64,000 nucleotides of DNA from Pseudomonadota bacterium (GCA_016195185.1 JACQAA010000054.1:92-64091); one strand, 5' to 3'. Positions 9,241 through 19,400 are shown, numbered from the stretch's first letter. Numbers and translations: made by a program. The notes: generated by a model from the letters alone, not told the origin.

Positions 9241-10091
9241 AACCCGATTGTCCAAGACCGTTCGGCATAAACATCCCGACCCGATATGGTACGTTCATAT
9301 GCGAAGCTGTCTCTGATAAAATTATCGTAGTCTTTATAGATATATTTCATTTGGCTGGTATAGAGGCACAGACAGGCATGAAGCTTTCTCAATTCCGCAG
9401 CCGTCGCGATGAGTACATCGCCGCTTGCCTTAAAAGCCGCGGAAGATTCTTGATTCAGAGCGGCGACGTAGAGGGATAATGCTTCACGCCGGTAATTACC
9501 CGTATCGGGGACGAAGTGCCGAAGATAATAATAGGAATTAATGGACTCCCGCATCATCTGCCCCGTCACCGGCGGCAGAGCGGCATTGCTGCCGATTTGT
9601 TGCATCCGGCTCTGCAAAACACCCGGCCAGAGAATATAGGGCCGGTCTTCGTAGAATTTGACCGGCACGGTCTTGATACGCTTGCCCACCTCAAAAGCGA
9701 TTCGGTGATCAATATGCGTCCCGGCAGCCAGAGGGAAATAGGCGATCTCAACTTTGTTCAGGGAGAAAAAATCGCTCAGCCGCTTCCCTAGCTGGTCAAT
9801 ATACGACTCATCCTCTGTGGTCAGTGGGCTGAAAAACAGATTTTTCAGCGGCTTATATTTCGAATTTCGATCCGGCGCATCCAGCTCGTCAAGGTAAAAA
9901 GGGCTGGCGCCGATTTGTTTTTGGGCCAGCAAGTCTTCTTGTTTTCTATTCTCTGAATTCGTCCCGGCTGAAAAAATATTCAGGACAGACACCTCATCCG
10001 AAGCTGCCACATGCCTCTGCATCAAAACACCACAAGAGAGAATGGCATCATCGAGATGCGGAGAGACTATGCATATCTTTTTCATACACAT
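9237..10091 (-). CDS. PIG-L/LmbE family N-acetylglucosaminyl deacetylase
   Basis: The N-terminal ICIVSPHLDDAILSCG motif (PH-x-DD) and a downstream HIDH match the family. The gene is visibly more AT-rich than its neighbours. Its 3' end overlaps the convergent upstream gene by 4 nt. Confidence 0.7.
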   Translation of the reverse strand: MCMKKICIVSPHLDDAILSCGVLMQRHVAASDEVSVLNIFSAGTNSENRKQEDLLAQKQIGASPFYLDELDAPDRNSKYKPLKNLFFSPLTTEDESYIDQLGKRLSDFFSLNKVEIAYFPLAAGTHIDHRIAFEVGKRIKTVPVKFYEDRPYILWPGVLQSRMQQIGSNAALPPVTGQMMRESINSYYYLRHFVPDTGNYRREALSLYVAALNQESSAAFKASGDVLIATAAELRKLHACLCLYTSQMKYIYKDYDNFIRDSFAYERTISGRDVYAERSWTIGF

Positions 10092-10130
10092 ATTATATAC
10101 TAAGTCAAATTTCTGAGGTAAGCTATTTTT

Positions 10131-11114
10131 ATGTTCTCAGGATCGCCCTATTCTCTTGTCAGCGAGATGCTGGAAGCTCCCGGTCTGCTGCGCCATTTTG
10201 ATGAAATGCAGGGGGCTGATTGGCGGCGGGCCATCGCAGATAAAAAGAAATTGCTGATCACGGGAGAAGGCTCAAGTCGCATTTTTCCCGCAAAGAACAT
10301 GATCGACCTTTCTCTCAAGCAAGGTGGGGCATGGCAGATCTGCACTGAAGGCGCCCGGCAAGCAGCGGAATATGAATTAGGACAATTTATCGTCATCGGC
10401 GCCAGCAACAGCGGGCGCACACGTGAGCTGATCTCCCTGTTTGAGAAACTGACACATAAAAACATTACCCGTTACGGAATCACGGCAACCGCAGGCAGCA
10501 GGCTGACAGAAATTGTGACTGACCTCCGCTTGCTGAACTGCGGCCAGGAAAAAGCCACTGCCGCCACAAAAAGCGTGGTTGAGCAGGCGCTGGTGTATCA
10601 GTCTCTTCTAGCTGGCGCAGAATGGCGGCATAAACACCGGGCGGCCGACTATTGCGAAAAGGTTTTGGGGCAAACCGTCTCCCCGGATATAACCGATAGC
10701 GTCAGGAATGCCCCGGTTGTTTATTTTTCCGGCCGCAACAACGGGGTCGCAGAAGAACTGACATTGAAAACCAACGAAATCGTCAGAAAAAGGAGCGACT
10801 ACCTCGAAGGCACCTACGCCGTTCATGGCATCGAGGAGGTCATGGGTAAAGATGACGCCGTGATTCTGATAGAGCCGTTTCAGGAAGAGATTGAAAAATA
10901 TCAGAGCATATTGGCGACCGGAATCGGGGTCAAAATAATCGCCGTTGCCTCCTTTGATACGCCCTTCCCGATGATCAAAGTTCCTGCGCTGCCGGGTTTT
11001 GATGGATATTTTCAGCTTCTCGCCGGCTGGAATGTTCTGGTGGCAGCAGGTCTGGCCAATGGCGTGAATTTGGACCGGCCAAAGCGTGCCCGTAAAGTAG
11101 GTAATGAAATCTGA
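10131..11114 (+). CDS. SIS-domain sugar-phosphate isomerase/deaminase (GlmS C-terminal / AgaS-like)
   Basis: LLITGEGSSRIFPAKN and VIGASNSGRTRELISL are SIS phosphosugar-binding motifs. The length of 327 aa fits two SIS subdomains. Confidence 0.7.
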   Translation: MFSGSPYSLVSEMLEAPGLLRHFDEMQGADWRRAIADKKKLLITGEGSSRIFPAKNMIDLSLKQGGAWQICTEGARQAAEYELGQFIVIGASNSGRTRELISLFEKLTHKNITRYGITATAGSRLTEIVTDLRLLNCGQEKATAATKSVVEQALVYQSLLAGAEWRHKHRAADYCEKVLGQTVSPDITDSVRNAPVVYFSGRNNGVAEELTLKTNEIVRKRSDYLEGTYAVHGIEEVMGKDDAVILIEPFQEEIEKYQSILATGIGVKIIAVASFDTPFPMIKVPALPGFDGYFQLLAGWNVLVAAGLANGVNLDRPKRARKVGNEI

Positions 11115-12669
11115 TAACATAAAAAATAAGGCACGTGTCAGGGCAGAGCATTTTCTCCAGTCCGCCCACGCGTTTCAGCTTGGCGATCTGCCCACGGAAC
11201 AAAGGCACCCCCTTACCTACGAGCTGGCCGATCTGTCCCGCCACAATATCACCGCTGCCCTGGACATTCTGAAAGAAATTGATCTCGGCGTGGTGGCGAA
11301 GGTGGCGGCCGAGGCGAACGCCCTCGCCCGCCTTGAGCGAGCAATTGCACAGACTCTTCAGGCCGGACAGCGGGTTTTTCTCTATGGCTGCGGCGCTACG
11401 GGTCGTCTTTCTCTCTCTATCGAACATATCTGGCGCCGCCTGCACCACGACCACCCCGCCGCCGGCACCGTACGGGGCTTCATGAGCGGCGGTGATCTCG
11501 CGCTTGTGCACTCGATCGAGAATTTTGAGGACCATCCTGAATTCGGCGCGCGTCAGCTCCGGGAGATCGGCTTTGGGCCGCGCGACTTGCTGATCTGCAG
11601 CACTGAGGGCGGGGAAACGCCTTCCGTCATCGGCGCTACGGAGGAAGCAGCGCGCCGGTCATCGCGTCCGCCGTTTTTTCTTTATTGCAACCCTGACCAT
11701 GTCCTGCATGAGCAGGTGGAACGCTCCCGGCGGGTGCTGGAAAATCCCGCCATTGAAAAAATAGGCCTGTTTGTGGGTCCCATGGCGCTGTCCGGCAGCA
11801 CACGGCTGCAAGCCAGCACGGCGCTGATGCTGGGGGTCGGCATCTCTCTCTTGAAATCCGCAGCACGGGGCGCTCCGGCGCCGCAACTCGCCGAGCTGGT
11901 TTCCATTATGAAAGAGATAGATTTTTCCTTCCTGAAGCCCTTTATTGAAGAAGAGTCCCGTATTTATGCCGAAGGCGGCTATGTCCTGTATGAAACGGAT
12001 GACTATGGCATAACAATCCTGACAGACACGACCGAGCGGGCGCCCACCTTTTCTGTGCAGGGTTTTGAAAATCAGAACGACCCGGCGCGCATCCCTGCCC
12101 TGTCCTATCTGCGTCTTCCCAAGACCAAGGGCGCCCAGGAGGCGTGGAAAGCGATCTTGCTGCGCGAGCCTGTTCCGCTCGAATGGGAGGAGCTGAAATC
12201 CATCGCCGGACGCGATCGACTATTCGGTTTTGATTTCTCTACGCAAGCTCTGCACCAACGTGAGAAACTCATAGCACCAGCACAGATGCACCGATTTCGG
12301 ATCGAGCGACATGACCGTCAATTATATTTTGAGCTGGGTTCCTGCCGTCACCACATAGACTTGCATGGTCTGCCCCCACTGTTTGAGCATGTCCTGCTGA
12401 AAATGATACTCAATATGCATTCCACCCTGCTGATGGGGCGTTATGGGCGCTTTGAAAGCAACGTGATGACCTGGGTAAAGCCCAGCAATAAAAAACTGAT
12501 CGACCGCACCATCCGCTATGTCGAATATCTGCTCCACCACCACAATATCCTGGGGTTTTCATACCAGGACATCTGCTACCAGCTGTTCGAGGAAATGGAA
12601 CGCATGTCTTCTACCCAGTCCGTGGTGCTGATGACGGTGGAAAGCCTGAAACAACGGCGGGGAACCTAA
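11104..12669 (+). CDS. MurQ/GckR-family SIS protein (N-acetylmuramic acid 6-phosphate etherase-like, long form)
   Basis: PTEQRHPLT, LYGCGATGRLS, STEGGETPSVIGA and GSTRLQASTALML parallel the MurQ motifs. At 521 aa it is much longer than MurQ (about 300 aa). It overlaps the upstream SIS gene by 11 nt. Confidence 0.65.
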   Translation: MKSDNIKNKARVRAEHFLQSAHAFQLGDLPTEQRHPLTYELADLSRHNITAALDILKEIDLGVVAKVAAEANALARLERAIAQTLQAGQRVFLYGCGATGRLSLSIEHIWRRLHHDHPAAGTVRGFMSGGDLALVHSIENFEDHPEFGARQLREIGFGPRDLLICSTEGGETPSVIGATEEAARRSSRPPFFLYCNPDHVLHEQVERSRRVLENPAIEKIGLFVGPMALSGSTRLQASTALMLGVGISLLKSAARGAPAPQLAELVSIMKEIDFSFLKPFIEEESRIYAEGGYVLYETDDYGITILTDTTERAPTFSVQGFENQNDPARIPALSYLRLPKTKGAQEAWKAILLREPVPLEWEELKSIAGRDRLFGFDFSTQALHQREKLIAPAQMHRFRIERHDRQLYFELGSCRHHIDLHGLPPLFEHVLLKMILNMHSTLLMGRYGRFESNVMTWVKPSNKKLIDRTIRYVEYLLHHHNILGFSYQDICYQLFEEMERMSSTQSVVLMTVESLKQRRGT

Positions 12670-12676
12670 GCGCCGC

Positions 12677-14026
12677 CTACAGCAGGGTCCCGTGCAGAAT
12701 GATGCTGGCAATTGTAAAATAAATGACGAGCCCAGTGACATCCACCAGCGTGGCAACAAACGGCGCAGAGGCGGCTGCCGGGTCAAAGCCAATGCGCCGA
12801 AGAACCATCGGCAACATGGAGCCCATCAAGGCCCCCCAGAGCACGATCCCGACCAGGCTGCACCCGACCGCCATGGCGATCAATGGATAATGCAACCCAT
12901 AGAGCGTCTCACGTGCCGGCCAGAAAAATATCCGCATGGTGCCTACCACTCCCAGAATGAGGCCTAATATCAGGCCGGAAACGGCTTCCCGGCAAAAAAC
13001 CCGCCACCAGTCGTTAAGCCGCACCTCCCCCAGCGCCATCGCACGGATGATCAGTGTCGTCGCCTGTGATCCAGAATTACCTCCGGACGAGATAATCAGC
13101 GGCACAAAAAGCGCCAAAACAACCGCTTTTTCAATTTCGTGCTCATAGAAGCCCATCGCCGTGGCGGTGAACATTTCGCCAATAAACAGGGCCAATAACC
13201 AGCCGGCGCGTTTTTTAATCATGTCACCCATGCCGATTTTGAAATAGGGTTCATCCAGCGCTTCCATACCCCCCATTTTCTGCATGTCTTCCGTAGCCTC
13301 TTCCTGCACGACATGCACAACGTCATCGATGGTGATAATCCCTTTCATGTGCCCTTCGGCATCCAGCACCGGCAGAGCCCGGTGCTCCTTATTGGCAAAG
13401 ACCCGGGCAATCTCTTCCTGCGTCTGTGTTTCCCGGACAAAGACAACCTTATCTGCCGTGGTCATCACCTCATCCAATTTTTTATCAGATGGAGCATTAA
13501 ACAGCTCCCGCAGGGAGACTGCGCCCAGAAGCGTCTGATGACGGTCCAGAACATAAGCGTAGTAAATCGTTTCGACTTGTGCCCGGGTTTGCTCACGCAA
13601 ATAGCGGAGGGCCTCATCCACCGTTATGCCGGGACGCAAACGGGCATAGCGGGGGTTCATGAGGCCGCCCGCGACATCCTCCTTATAGGCCATCAGGCCC
13701 AGAACTTCGAGACGGGTTGGATGGTCCAGAAGATCGAGGGCATGGTGGCGGCCCGCTTCGGGCAATTCCTGTATCAGGTCAGCCGCATCGTCGGGTGGCA
13801 GCAGACGGATCCACGACTTGCGGTCAAATTCGGGAAGACAGAAAAAAAGCTCCGCCTGAGCATGTCCGTGCACCCTGAGGAAAAGCTCTTCCGCGCTGCG
13901 ACGATCCAGCGTTCCAAAAATTCTCTTCTGTTTGTTATCAGAAAAACTGTTCCAGTCCGCCAGCATCTTTTCCAATCCCTGCTCGGACAGCGAAAGGGGT
14001 TTTTTGGATCCTTTTCTGGATGGCAT
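12677..14026 (-). CDS. mgtE: magnesium transporter MgtE
   Basis: An N-domain and a CBS pair are followed by a C-terminal membrane domain with SSGGNSGSQ and PFVATLVDVTGL. Confidence 0.9.
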   Translation of the reverse strand: MPSRKGSKKPLSLSEQGLEKMLADWNSFSDNKQKRIFGTLDRRSAEELFLRVHGHAQAELFFCLPEFDRKSWIRLLPPDDAADLIQELPEAGRHHALDLLDHPTRLEVLGLMAYKEDVAGGLMNPRYARLRPGITVDEALRYLREQTRAQVETIYYAYVLDRHQTLLGAVSLRELFNAPSDKKLDEVMTTADKVVFVRETQTQEEIARVFANKEHRALPVLDAEGHMKGIITIDDVVHVVQEEATEDMQKMGGMEALDEPYFKIGMGDMIKKRAGWLLALFIGEMFTATAMGFYEHEIEKAVVLALFVPLIISSGGNSGSQATTLIIRAMALGEVRLNDWWRVFCREAVSGLILGLILGVVGTMRIFFWPARETLYGLHYPLIAMAVGCSLVGIVLWGALMGSMLPMVLRRIGFDPAAASAPFVATLVDVTGLVIYFTIASIILHGTLL

Positions 14027-14126
14027 AGGTCTTCTCCACGGGATGCGTCATATAGAAACAACGCCCCCAGTGTAACAGAGGAAGTGTGGATTGTGCCCCA
14101 AAAAATGAAAAATCGGCTGGTCACAG

Positions 14127-15194
14127 CTACTGCGCCGGACCCTTCAGTTTGCCGGATAAAAGACCAATGGAAGCGGCAAAATTAACCGATTTATTCCAGC
14201 TCATAATGACACGAAAGTTGTGATAGACAGCATAAGCGGGGGTGCCGGGACCATCGGGCTGGATAACGGATACATCAGACGATGTTTCGGGCGGCAAGAA
14301 GCCTCCGTCGGACAGTTTCAGACCCTGATCATTCCAAAACTGCAAGGAACAACCCTGATCTAATCCCAGCCGGGTCCTGTCAAAAGATACCGGAAGCTCA
14401 ACACGCCGCAAACAGGGCTCGCCCCTTTGCCAGCCGTTTTTGGCAAGGTAATTGGCGGTGGAAGCAAATACGTCCGCCCGTGTTCCCCAAATGTCATGGC
14501 GACCGTCGCGATCAAAATCAACAGCATATCGAAAATAGCTGGAGGGCATAAACTGGCATTGACCGATGGCCCCCGCCCACGATCCTTTCAGGGAAGAAGC
14601 CGGCATATGTTCCTGTTCAAGGATTTCCAGCGCCTTGAAAACCTCGCCTCGGAAAAACTCGCTGCGGCGACCGTCATAGGCAAGCGTCACCAGAGCACTC
14701 ACGACATTAAAGTCACCGGTAGTTCTGCCGTAACCGCTTTCAGCACCCCAGAGCGCGACAATGACTTCCGGCTCGACCCGGTAGTGATCACCGACGGCTT
14801 GCAGCAATGCCCGACAGGAATCTATTTTCTGAATACCCTTACTGACACGGCCTGGGCTGACGGCATAGTTCAAATATTCTGCCAGCGTTTTCTTACGCTC
14901 TGGTTGTTTATGGTCAAGCTCCAGAACGCGCGAGATGGGTTTCAATGTGTCCGGGAGGGCTTCCTGAATTACTTTCTGAGAGATTCCTTTTTCTGCTGCC
15001 TCCGCCTTAAGCTCTTGCAGCCACGTTGAAAAGTGTTTCTCGGCTTTTGTTTTTGTTGAGAGGGACTGGGCCGCCGCCGTCCTGGTACCTGTCGCAGCGG
15101 CAGGGGGTGACGCCGGCCTGGCCCCCGCCAGTTCCGGTGCCAGGAGACAAACGCACAAAAAAGCGTTTCTCAACAATCCTTTCAAATTTCTCAC
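14127..15194 (-). CDS. lytic murein transglycosylase (MltB/SLT_2 family)
   Basis: WGAESGYG and AIGQCQFMPSSY are family motifs. The ORF track start is 15242. I prefer the GTG at 15194, which has an AAGGGGGA Shine-Dalgarno and gives a signal peptide (RNLKGLLRNAFLCVCLLAPELAGA). Confidence 0.8.
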   Translation of the reverse strand: MRNLKGLLRNAFLCVCLLAPELAGARPASPPAAATGTRTAAAQSLSTKTKAEKHFSTWLQELKAEAAEKGISQKVIQEALPDTLKPISRVLELDHKQPERKKTLAEYLNYAVSPGRVSKGIQKIDSCRALLQAVGDHYRVEPEVIVALWGAESGYGRTTGDFNVVSALVTLAYDGRRSEFFRGEVFKALEILEQEHMPASSLKGSWAGAIGQCQFMPSSYFRYAVDFDRDGRHDIWGTRADVFASTANYLAKNGWQRGEPCLRRVELPVSFDRTRLGLDQGCSLQFWNDQGLKLSDGGFLPPETSSDVSVIQPDGPGTPAYAVYHNFRVIMSWNKSVNFAASIGLLSGKLKGPAQ

Positions 15195-15333
15195 TCCGGA
15201 ATCCCCCTTGGGCACAATAATACAATTTTCATATTGTAACACTCTTGCTCCATTCGGGCAACAGGTTTTTTCGCTTGGCAGAGGCTAAAAAGGCCTTAAA
15301 ATAAGGGAAAACAAGCAGAAAGATACAAATTCA

Positions 15334-15939
15334 ATGTCGTTATTCGACCGTGTTGCAGACGCCGCCCGGAACCTGTCCTTTCTCAAGACGCTTATCAAGG
15401 CCGTCAATAAAGGGAACGTCGGGGCCGTGAAGGCTCTGTTGGCGGAAGGGGCTGATTCGAACCAAAAAGATGGTGATGGCAACACGGCCCTGATCTGCGC
15501 GGCAATTGGCAATCGTGCAGGGATTGTGAAGCTATTGCTCGACAAGGGCGCTGACGTCAATGCACAGAATAATGCCGGTGACACCGCTCTGATCGTGACG
15601 GCGCGCAAGGGTTATACGGAGATTGCGCGCCTCCTCCTTGATAAGGGCGCAGGACTCGACAAACAGAACAATCTCGGCGACACGGCATTGATTTTGTCAG
15701 CGGGGAATGGTCATGCCAAAATCGTGCGGCTGCTGCTCGAGCGCGGTGTCCGTCTCTATGACGAGAATAATAACCGCAGCACGGCGCAGATCAAAGCGCT
15801 GCGGAACAATGATGCGGAGATTGTGCAAATGCTGAACGAAGAACACAGGGCACGGCAGCAACTGGCTGAGGAAAAAGCCCGCGCCAAAATCAGGGCCAAG
15901 GCGGAAGAGCGTGAAGGCAAGAAGTCAGGCGATGCCTAA
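15334..15939 (+). CDS. ankyrin-repeat protein
   Basis: There are four or more tandem repeats of about 33 aa (GNTALICAA..G...IVKLLLDKGADVNAQNN). These are followed by a charged helical tail. Confidence 0.85.
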   Translation: MSLFDRVADAARNLSFLKTLIKAVNKGNVGAVKALLAEGADSNQKDGDGNTALICAAIGNRAGIVKLLLDKGADVNAQNNAGDTALIVTARKGYTEIARLLLDKGAGLDKQNNLGDTALILSAGNGHAKIVRLLLERGVRLYDENNNRSTAQIKALRNNDAEIVQMLNEEHRARQQLAEEKARAKIRAKAEEREGKKSGDA

Positions 15940-15969
15940 ACGGCGATGTCCACCGCCTCCGGTTAAGAC

Positions 15970-16134
15970 TAATCAGTCGCCCTGTTGCAGGCTTCCTGTT
16001 CTTTTCTGGTCAGCTTGCCCCGCTGTGCCTCGGTTACTACAGAGAGCCGGGGGCCTTGTGGCTGAGGAGGAGAGATGTCAGTTTCCCGGAGCAAGGGTTC
16101 TTTATGCTGGAGAGAGCTGAATTTGTTATGCATG
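15970..16134 (-). CDS. small hypothetical protein (54 aa), not in the ORF track
   Basis: The ATG at 16134..16132 is preceded by AAAGGAGG with a 6-nt spacer. The translation is MHNKFSSLQHKEPLLRETDISPPQPQGPRLSVVTEAQRGKLTRKEQEACNRATD. I recognise no family. Confidence 0.35.
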
Positions 16135-16350
16135 GTGTGCCTCCTTTATTGTCCTCTAAAAAATGTAATCTACGCCTAAAAACAGCAGAAGTATTTGACA
16201 AGAGTTAAATAACGATCAAACAGCAATGCTGAATTTTTAGCAGCTTCAACACGATTTTACAATGCATTTGCGGTTTTCGCGGATATGGCATTCTGCGGCG
16301 CACAAAAGAATACTGCCGTATTCAGCAACAACGCTACCGTGAAAGCCTGT

Positions 16351-17508
16351 CTATTCGTCGATAGTGCGTTCAGAATCAACTGTTTTTTTGGCGCGCACGC
16401 TGGCGGATTTGAGCTGGCCGCAGGCGGCCAGAATATCGCGGCCGCGGGGTTTGCGCACGGGGGCGTCATAGCCGGCTTTCTCGAGAAGGCGGGCGAAGGA
16501 ACTGATTCGCTCCTCCGCAGAACACTCAAAGCCGCTGCCCTCCCAGCCATTAAAGGGGATGATGTTGACCTTGCACGGCATATCCCGCAACAACACCGCC
16601 AGACGTTTCGCATCCTCATCCGTGTCGTTCACCCCTTGCAGCATGACGTATTCGAAGGTGATACGCCGGATGTCACTGACGCCGGGATAGGTGCGGCACG
16701 CCTCCAGCAGTTCCGCCAGCGGATATTTATTGTTGATCGGCATGATCTCCGAGCGCTGCTCATCCGTGGTCGCGTGCAGGGAGATCGCGAGATTGACGCC
16801 CAGTTCCTCGCCGCAGCGCCGGATCAGCGGCACCACGCCGGAGGTCGAGAGCGTGATGCGGCGTTTGGAAATGGCCAGACCATCGGCATCCATGCAGATT
16901 TTCAGGGCCTGCGCGACATTATCATAGTTATAGAGCGGCTCGCCCATCCCCATCATGACGATATTGGTGAGATCGCGTCCCTCCGCTGAGTGTGTTTCGC
17001 CGGACTGGGGCCACTCGCTTAGCACGTCCCGCGCATACATGATCTGCTGGAGAATTTCATGAGCGCCGAGATTGCGCACCAGCGGCTGGGTCCCCGTATG
17101 ACAGAACTTGCAGGTCAGGGTGCAGCCGACCTGCGAGGAGACGCAGAGCGTGCCCCGCCTCGCCTCGGGGATAAACACCGTTTCGACCTGCTGACCATCT
17201 GACAGCGAGAGCAGCCATTTGATCGTGCCGTCCGAGGAGCGTTGCTCCGTCATCACCTTCGGGCGCTCTATCGAATATTTTTCACTCAGTAATTGCCGCA
17301 TATCCCTGGGCAGATTGGCCATGTCCACAAAATCCTGCACGCCGCGCTGGTACATCCAGTGCCAGACCTGCTTGGCACGAAAAGCAGGCAGGCCATGCGC
17401 TGCCAAAGTCTCCTGCAAACGTGACAGGCTCAGGCCGATCAGCGGCGCGCGCCCTCGCGCATCGGCGGGCGGAGCAGAAAATCTGACGGCATGGGACACA
17501 ACACTCAT
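16351..17508 (-). CDS. rlmN: 23S rRNA/tRNA (adenine-C2)-methyltransferase RlmN (radical SAM)
   Basis: The radical SAM motif is [12 protein letters not shown] and the RlmN opening is [12 protein letters not shown] place the start at the ATG at 17508..17506, which forms an ATGA overlap with the upstream gene's stop. The ORF-track start at 17646 would overlap that gene by 142 nt. Confidence 0.9.
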   Translation of the reverse strand: MSVVSHAVRFSAPPADARGRAPLIGLSLSRLQETLAAHGLPAFRAKQVWHWMYQRGVQDFVDMANLPRDMRQLLSEKYSIERPKVMTEQRSSDGTIKWLLSLSDGQQVETVFIPEARRGTLCVSSQVGCTLTCKFCHTGTQPLVRNLGAHEILQQIMYARDVLSEWPQSGETHSAEGRDLTNIVMMGMGEPLYNYDNVAQALKICMDADGLAISKRRITLSTSGVVPLIRRCGEELGVNLAISLHATTDEQRSEIMPINNKYPLAELLEACRTYPGVSDIRRITFEYVMLQGVNDTDEDAKRLAVLLRDMPCKVNIIPFNGWEGSGFECSAEERISSFARLLEKAGYDAPVRKPRGRDILAACGQLKSASVRAKKTVDSERTIDE

Positions 17509-19400
17509 CGCGGCCCCGTATCCGTCGGAGTTTTCTTGTGAGGAGGGGGTGCGGGCCAAGGCGACACGCTCCGCACGCATCGAACAGCCGCCTGAGAATT
17601 CTGCGGCTGCGTCAATTGGGATCCATCGGTAAACATTTTCTCCCACACTCTATCCGGGGGGGCGGGCGGTACTGAGGAGGAGATATACCAGTCGCCAAGG
17701 ATACTATGGCTCCCCCAGTGACCATAGTTTTTACGGACCCCCTCGTTGTAGGTTCCTTTAAATGCCCCGGCACGCCTTGCCTCGTACATGGCCGCCAGAA
17801 TATCCTTGTCCGGCAGGGCCCAGTCATGATGCCCGTGCGCTCTCAGGTGTTTGGTAAGGTCTACCGCCCGGTTAAAAAATGTGCTTAGTTGGTCATCGCC
17901 TGAGAGATCATTGCTGGAGAAATATGTGTCCGGCGCATCCTTGGCCGTGACATACCAGTCCCGGCCCTTATGACAGCCGAGATAGATTGAGCCATCAATG
18001 GCCACATCCCCCGGTTTCAGCAGATCTCCTGATTCCGGGCACACTTCCCAGTCCGGATATTTCTTGCACAGGCGCTCCAGATGGCCGGGGGCTGCCGTTT
18101 TTCCCTCATTCAGCATGATCTGCTTATTCGTGACATCACGCTGGAAAGCCGCTGTTGTTGTCAGGCCATGGCCGTTATAGGCGATCTGGCAAAAACCAAA
18201 ATCAAAATCCTTGATCAGCCTCTCCGCAAAAACGGCCGGCGGCGCCTGAGCCTGGCCTCCCTCTACAAAAATAATATTGTATTCCGTGTTTTGCGGACCA
18301 GCCATAATGATCCAGCTTTCCGAGATTTTTTTCTTGGTCAGCAGGGATGTTTTCATTGTGGTCACGACGGGATCCGAAATATTTTCCGTGGTCCCTCTCT
18401 CAAAATAACCATTTCTGTAACCAGCTATCTTCGTCGGCACAATACCCAGCCCCGCCACGGCAAAGGCCCGTTCCAGAAATTGCTTGTTTTGTTTTTTATC
18501 ACCGCGAGTCTTGAGAAAAATATCCACGTCCTTGACCGGGCGGCCATTCAATTTGTCGCGCAGGGCGCCGCCAGCGATCACGGCCTCTGGCGCCCCAATA
18601 TTCTGCACCGCGGCCAAAACCTGCCACCACTCTTCCGTGGGCAGAGACCTGATCAGCCCTTCCAGGGATTTCTGCACGGGATCTTCCACGGCGACAGGCA
18701 CCTTCTGTACAGGTGCCGGCGCGGCAGTCTTTGCTGCAACGGCGGCGGCCTCCACAACAGCGGCATTCATCCCGCACTCACGCAGAATTCTGGCGTAGCG
18801 CGCGTATTTGTCGGCAGGTATCCCGGCCAGTTGTTCGGGGCTGTCCGGCGCCTTGGCGCCCCAGGTGACCAGCAGGCGCATCATGGGTTTATCTTCGCGC
18901 AAGAGCGCTATCTTCAGATGGTCCCAGCCGGGCACGATCTTGTGGTTGTCCCAGAATGCCCGATCGAACAGCTCCCGTGCCCGCTCACAGTTCCCGCTTT
19001 TGACAGCCGCGGTCAGCGCATCATCCAGTTCAGATGTCGGAAGGTGCGGCGTGAGAGCCGTGGCTTCTTTACCGGCAGGCGGCACATGGGCTTTTACCAT
19101 TTCTGCGAGCTCTGTATTTGTGGGGGGGACGACCAATAGCGCCTGGGCGAGCTTATCAACAACAGCGCCGTTTTCCAGGAGCACAGTCACCATTTTTTCA
19201 TCATTTCTAACGACAGCCCAATCCAGCGCGGTCCAGCCGGCTGAATCCTCCTGATTAATGTTGGCGCCCCGCTTCAACATCGACCGGACAGCGCCAATTT
19301 CTCCCCTAAAGACGGCGTGTTGCCACGCCGCAGGAGTGGGCGGCCCCTGGAATTTGAATGGATTACCTGGGAGTTTTTTGAATATGCGACCGATGCCCAT
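17505..19400 (-). CDS. ankyrin-repeat / Pol-beta-type nucleotidyltransferase / DUF1566-like fusion protein
   Basis: The N-terminal ANK repeats include [35 protein letters not shown]. The middle has [21 protein letters not shown] (G[GS]...DxD, as in the CCA-adding/poly(A) polymerase head) and later [11 protein letters not shown]. The C-terminus has [16 protein letters not shown]...WYISSS...AAVRCVRS, which resembles the DUF1566/Lcl C-terminal domain. Confidence 0.6.
   Translation of the reverse strand: MGIGRIFKKLPGNPFKFQGPPTPAAWQHAVFRGEIGAVRSMLKRGANINQEDSAGWTALDWAVVRNDEKMVTVLLENGAVVDKLAQALLVVPPTNTELAEMVKAHVPPAGKEATALTPHLPTSELDDALTAAVKSGNCERARELFDRAFWDNHKIVPGWDHLKIALLREDKPMMRLLVTWGAKAPDSPEQLAGIPADKYARYARILRECGMNAAVVEAAAVAAKTAAPAPVQKVPVAVEDPVQKSLEGLIRSLPTEEWWQVLAAVQNIGAPEAVIAGGALRDKLNGRPVKDVDIFLKTRGDKKQNKQFLERAFAVAGLGIVPTKIAGYRNGYFERGTTENISDPVVTTMKTSLLTKKKISESWIIMAGPQNTEYNIIFVEGGQAQAPPAVFAERLIKDFDFGFCQIAYNGHGLTTTAAFQRDVTNKQIMLNEGKTAAPGHLERLCKKYPDWEVCPESGDLLKPGDVAIDGSIYLGCHKGRDWYVTAKDAPDTYFSSNDLSGDDQLSTFFNRAVDLTKHLRAHGHHDWALPDKDILAAMYEARRAGAFKGTYNEGVRKNYGHWGSHSILGDWYISSSVPPAPPDRVWEKMFTDGSQLTQPQNSQAAVRCVRSVSPWPAPPPHKKTPTDTGPR

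Noticed and set aside
14027-14126. M-box (ykoK) magnesium riboswitch upstream of mgtE
   Set aside because: Only about 100 nt separate mgtE from the upstream gene, which is too short for the roughly 160-nt M-box. I saw no conserved M-box core.
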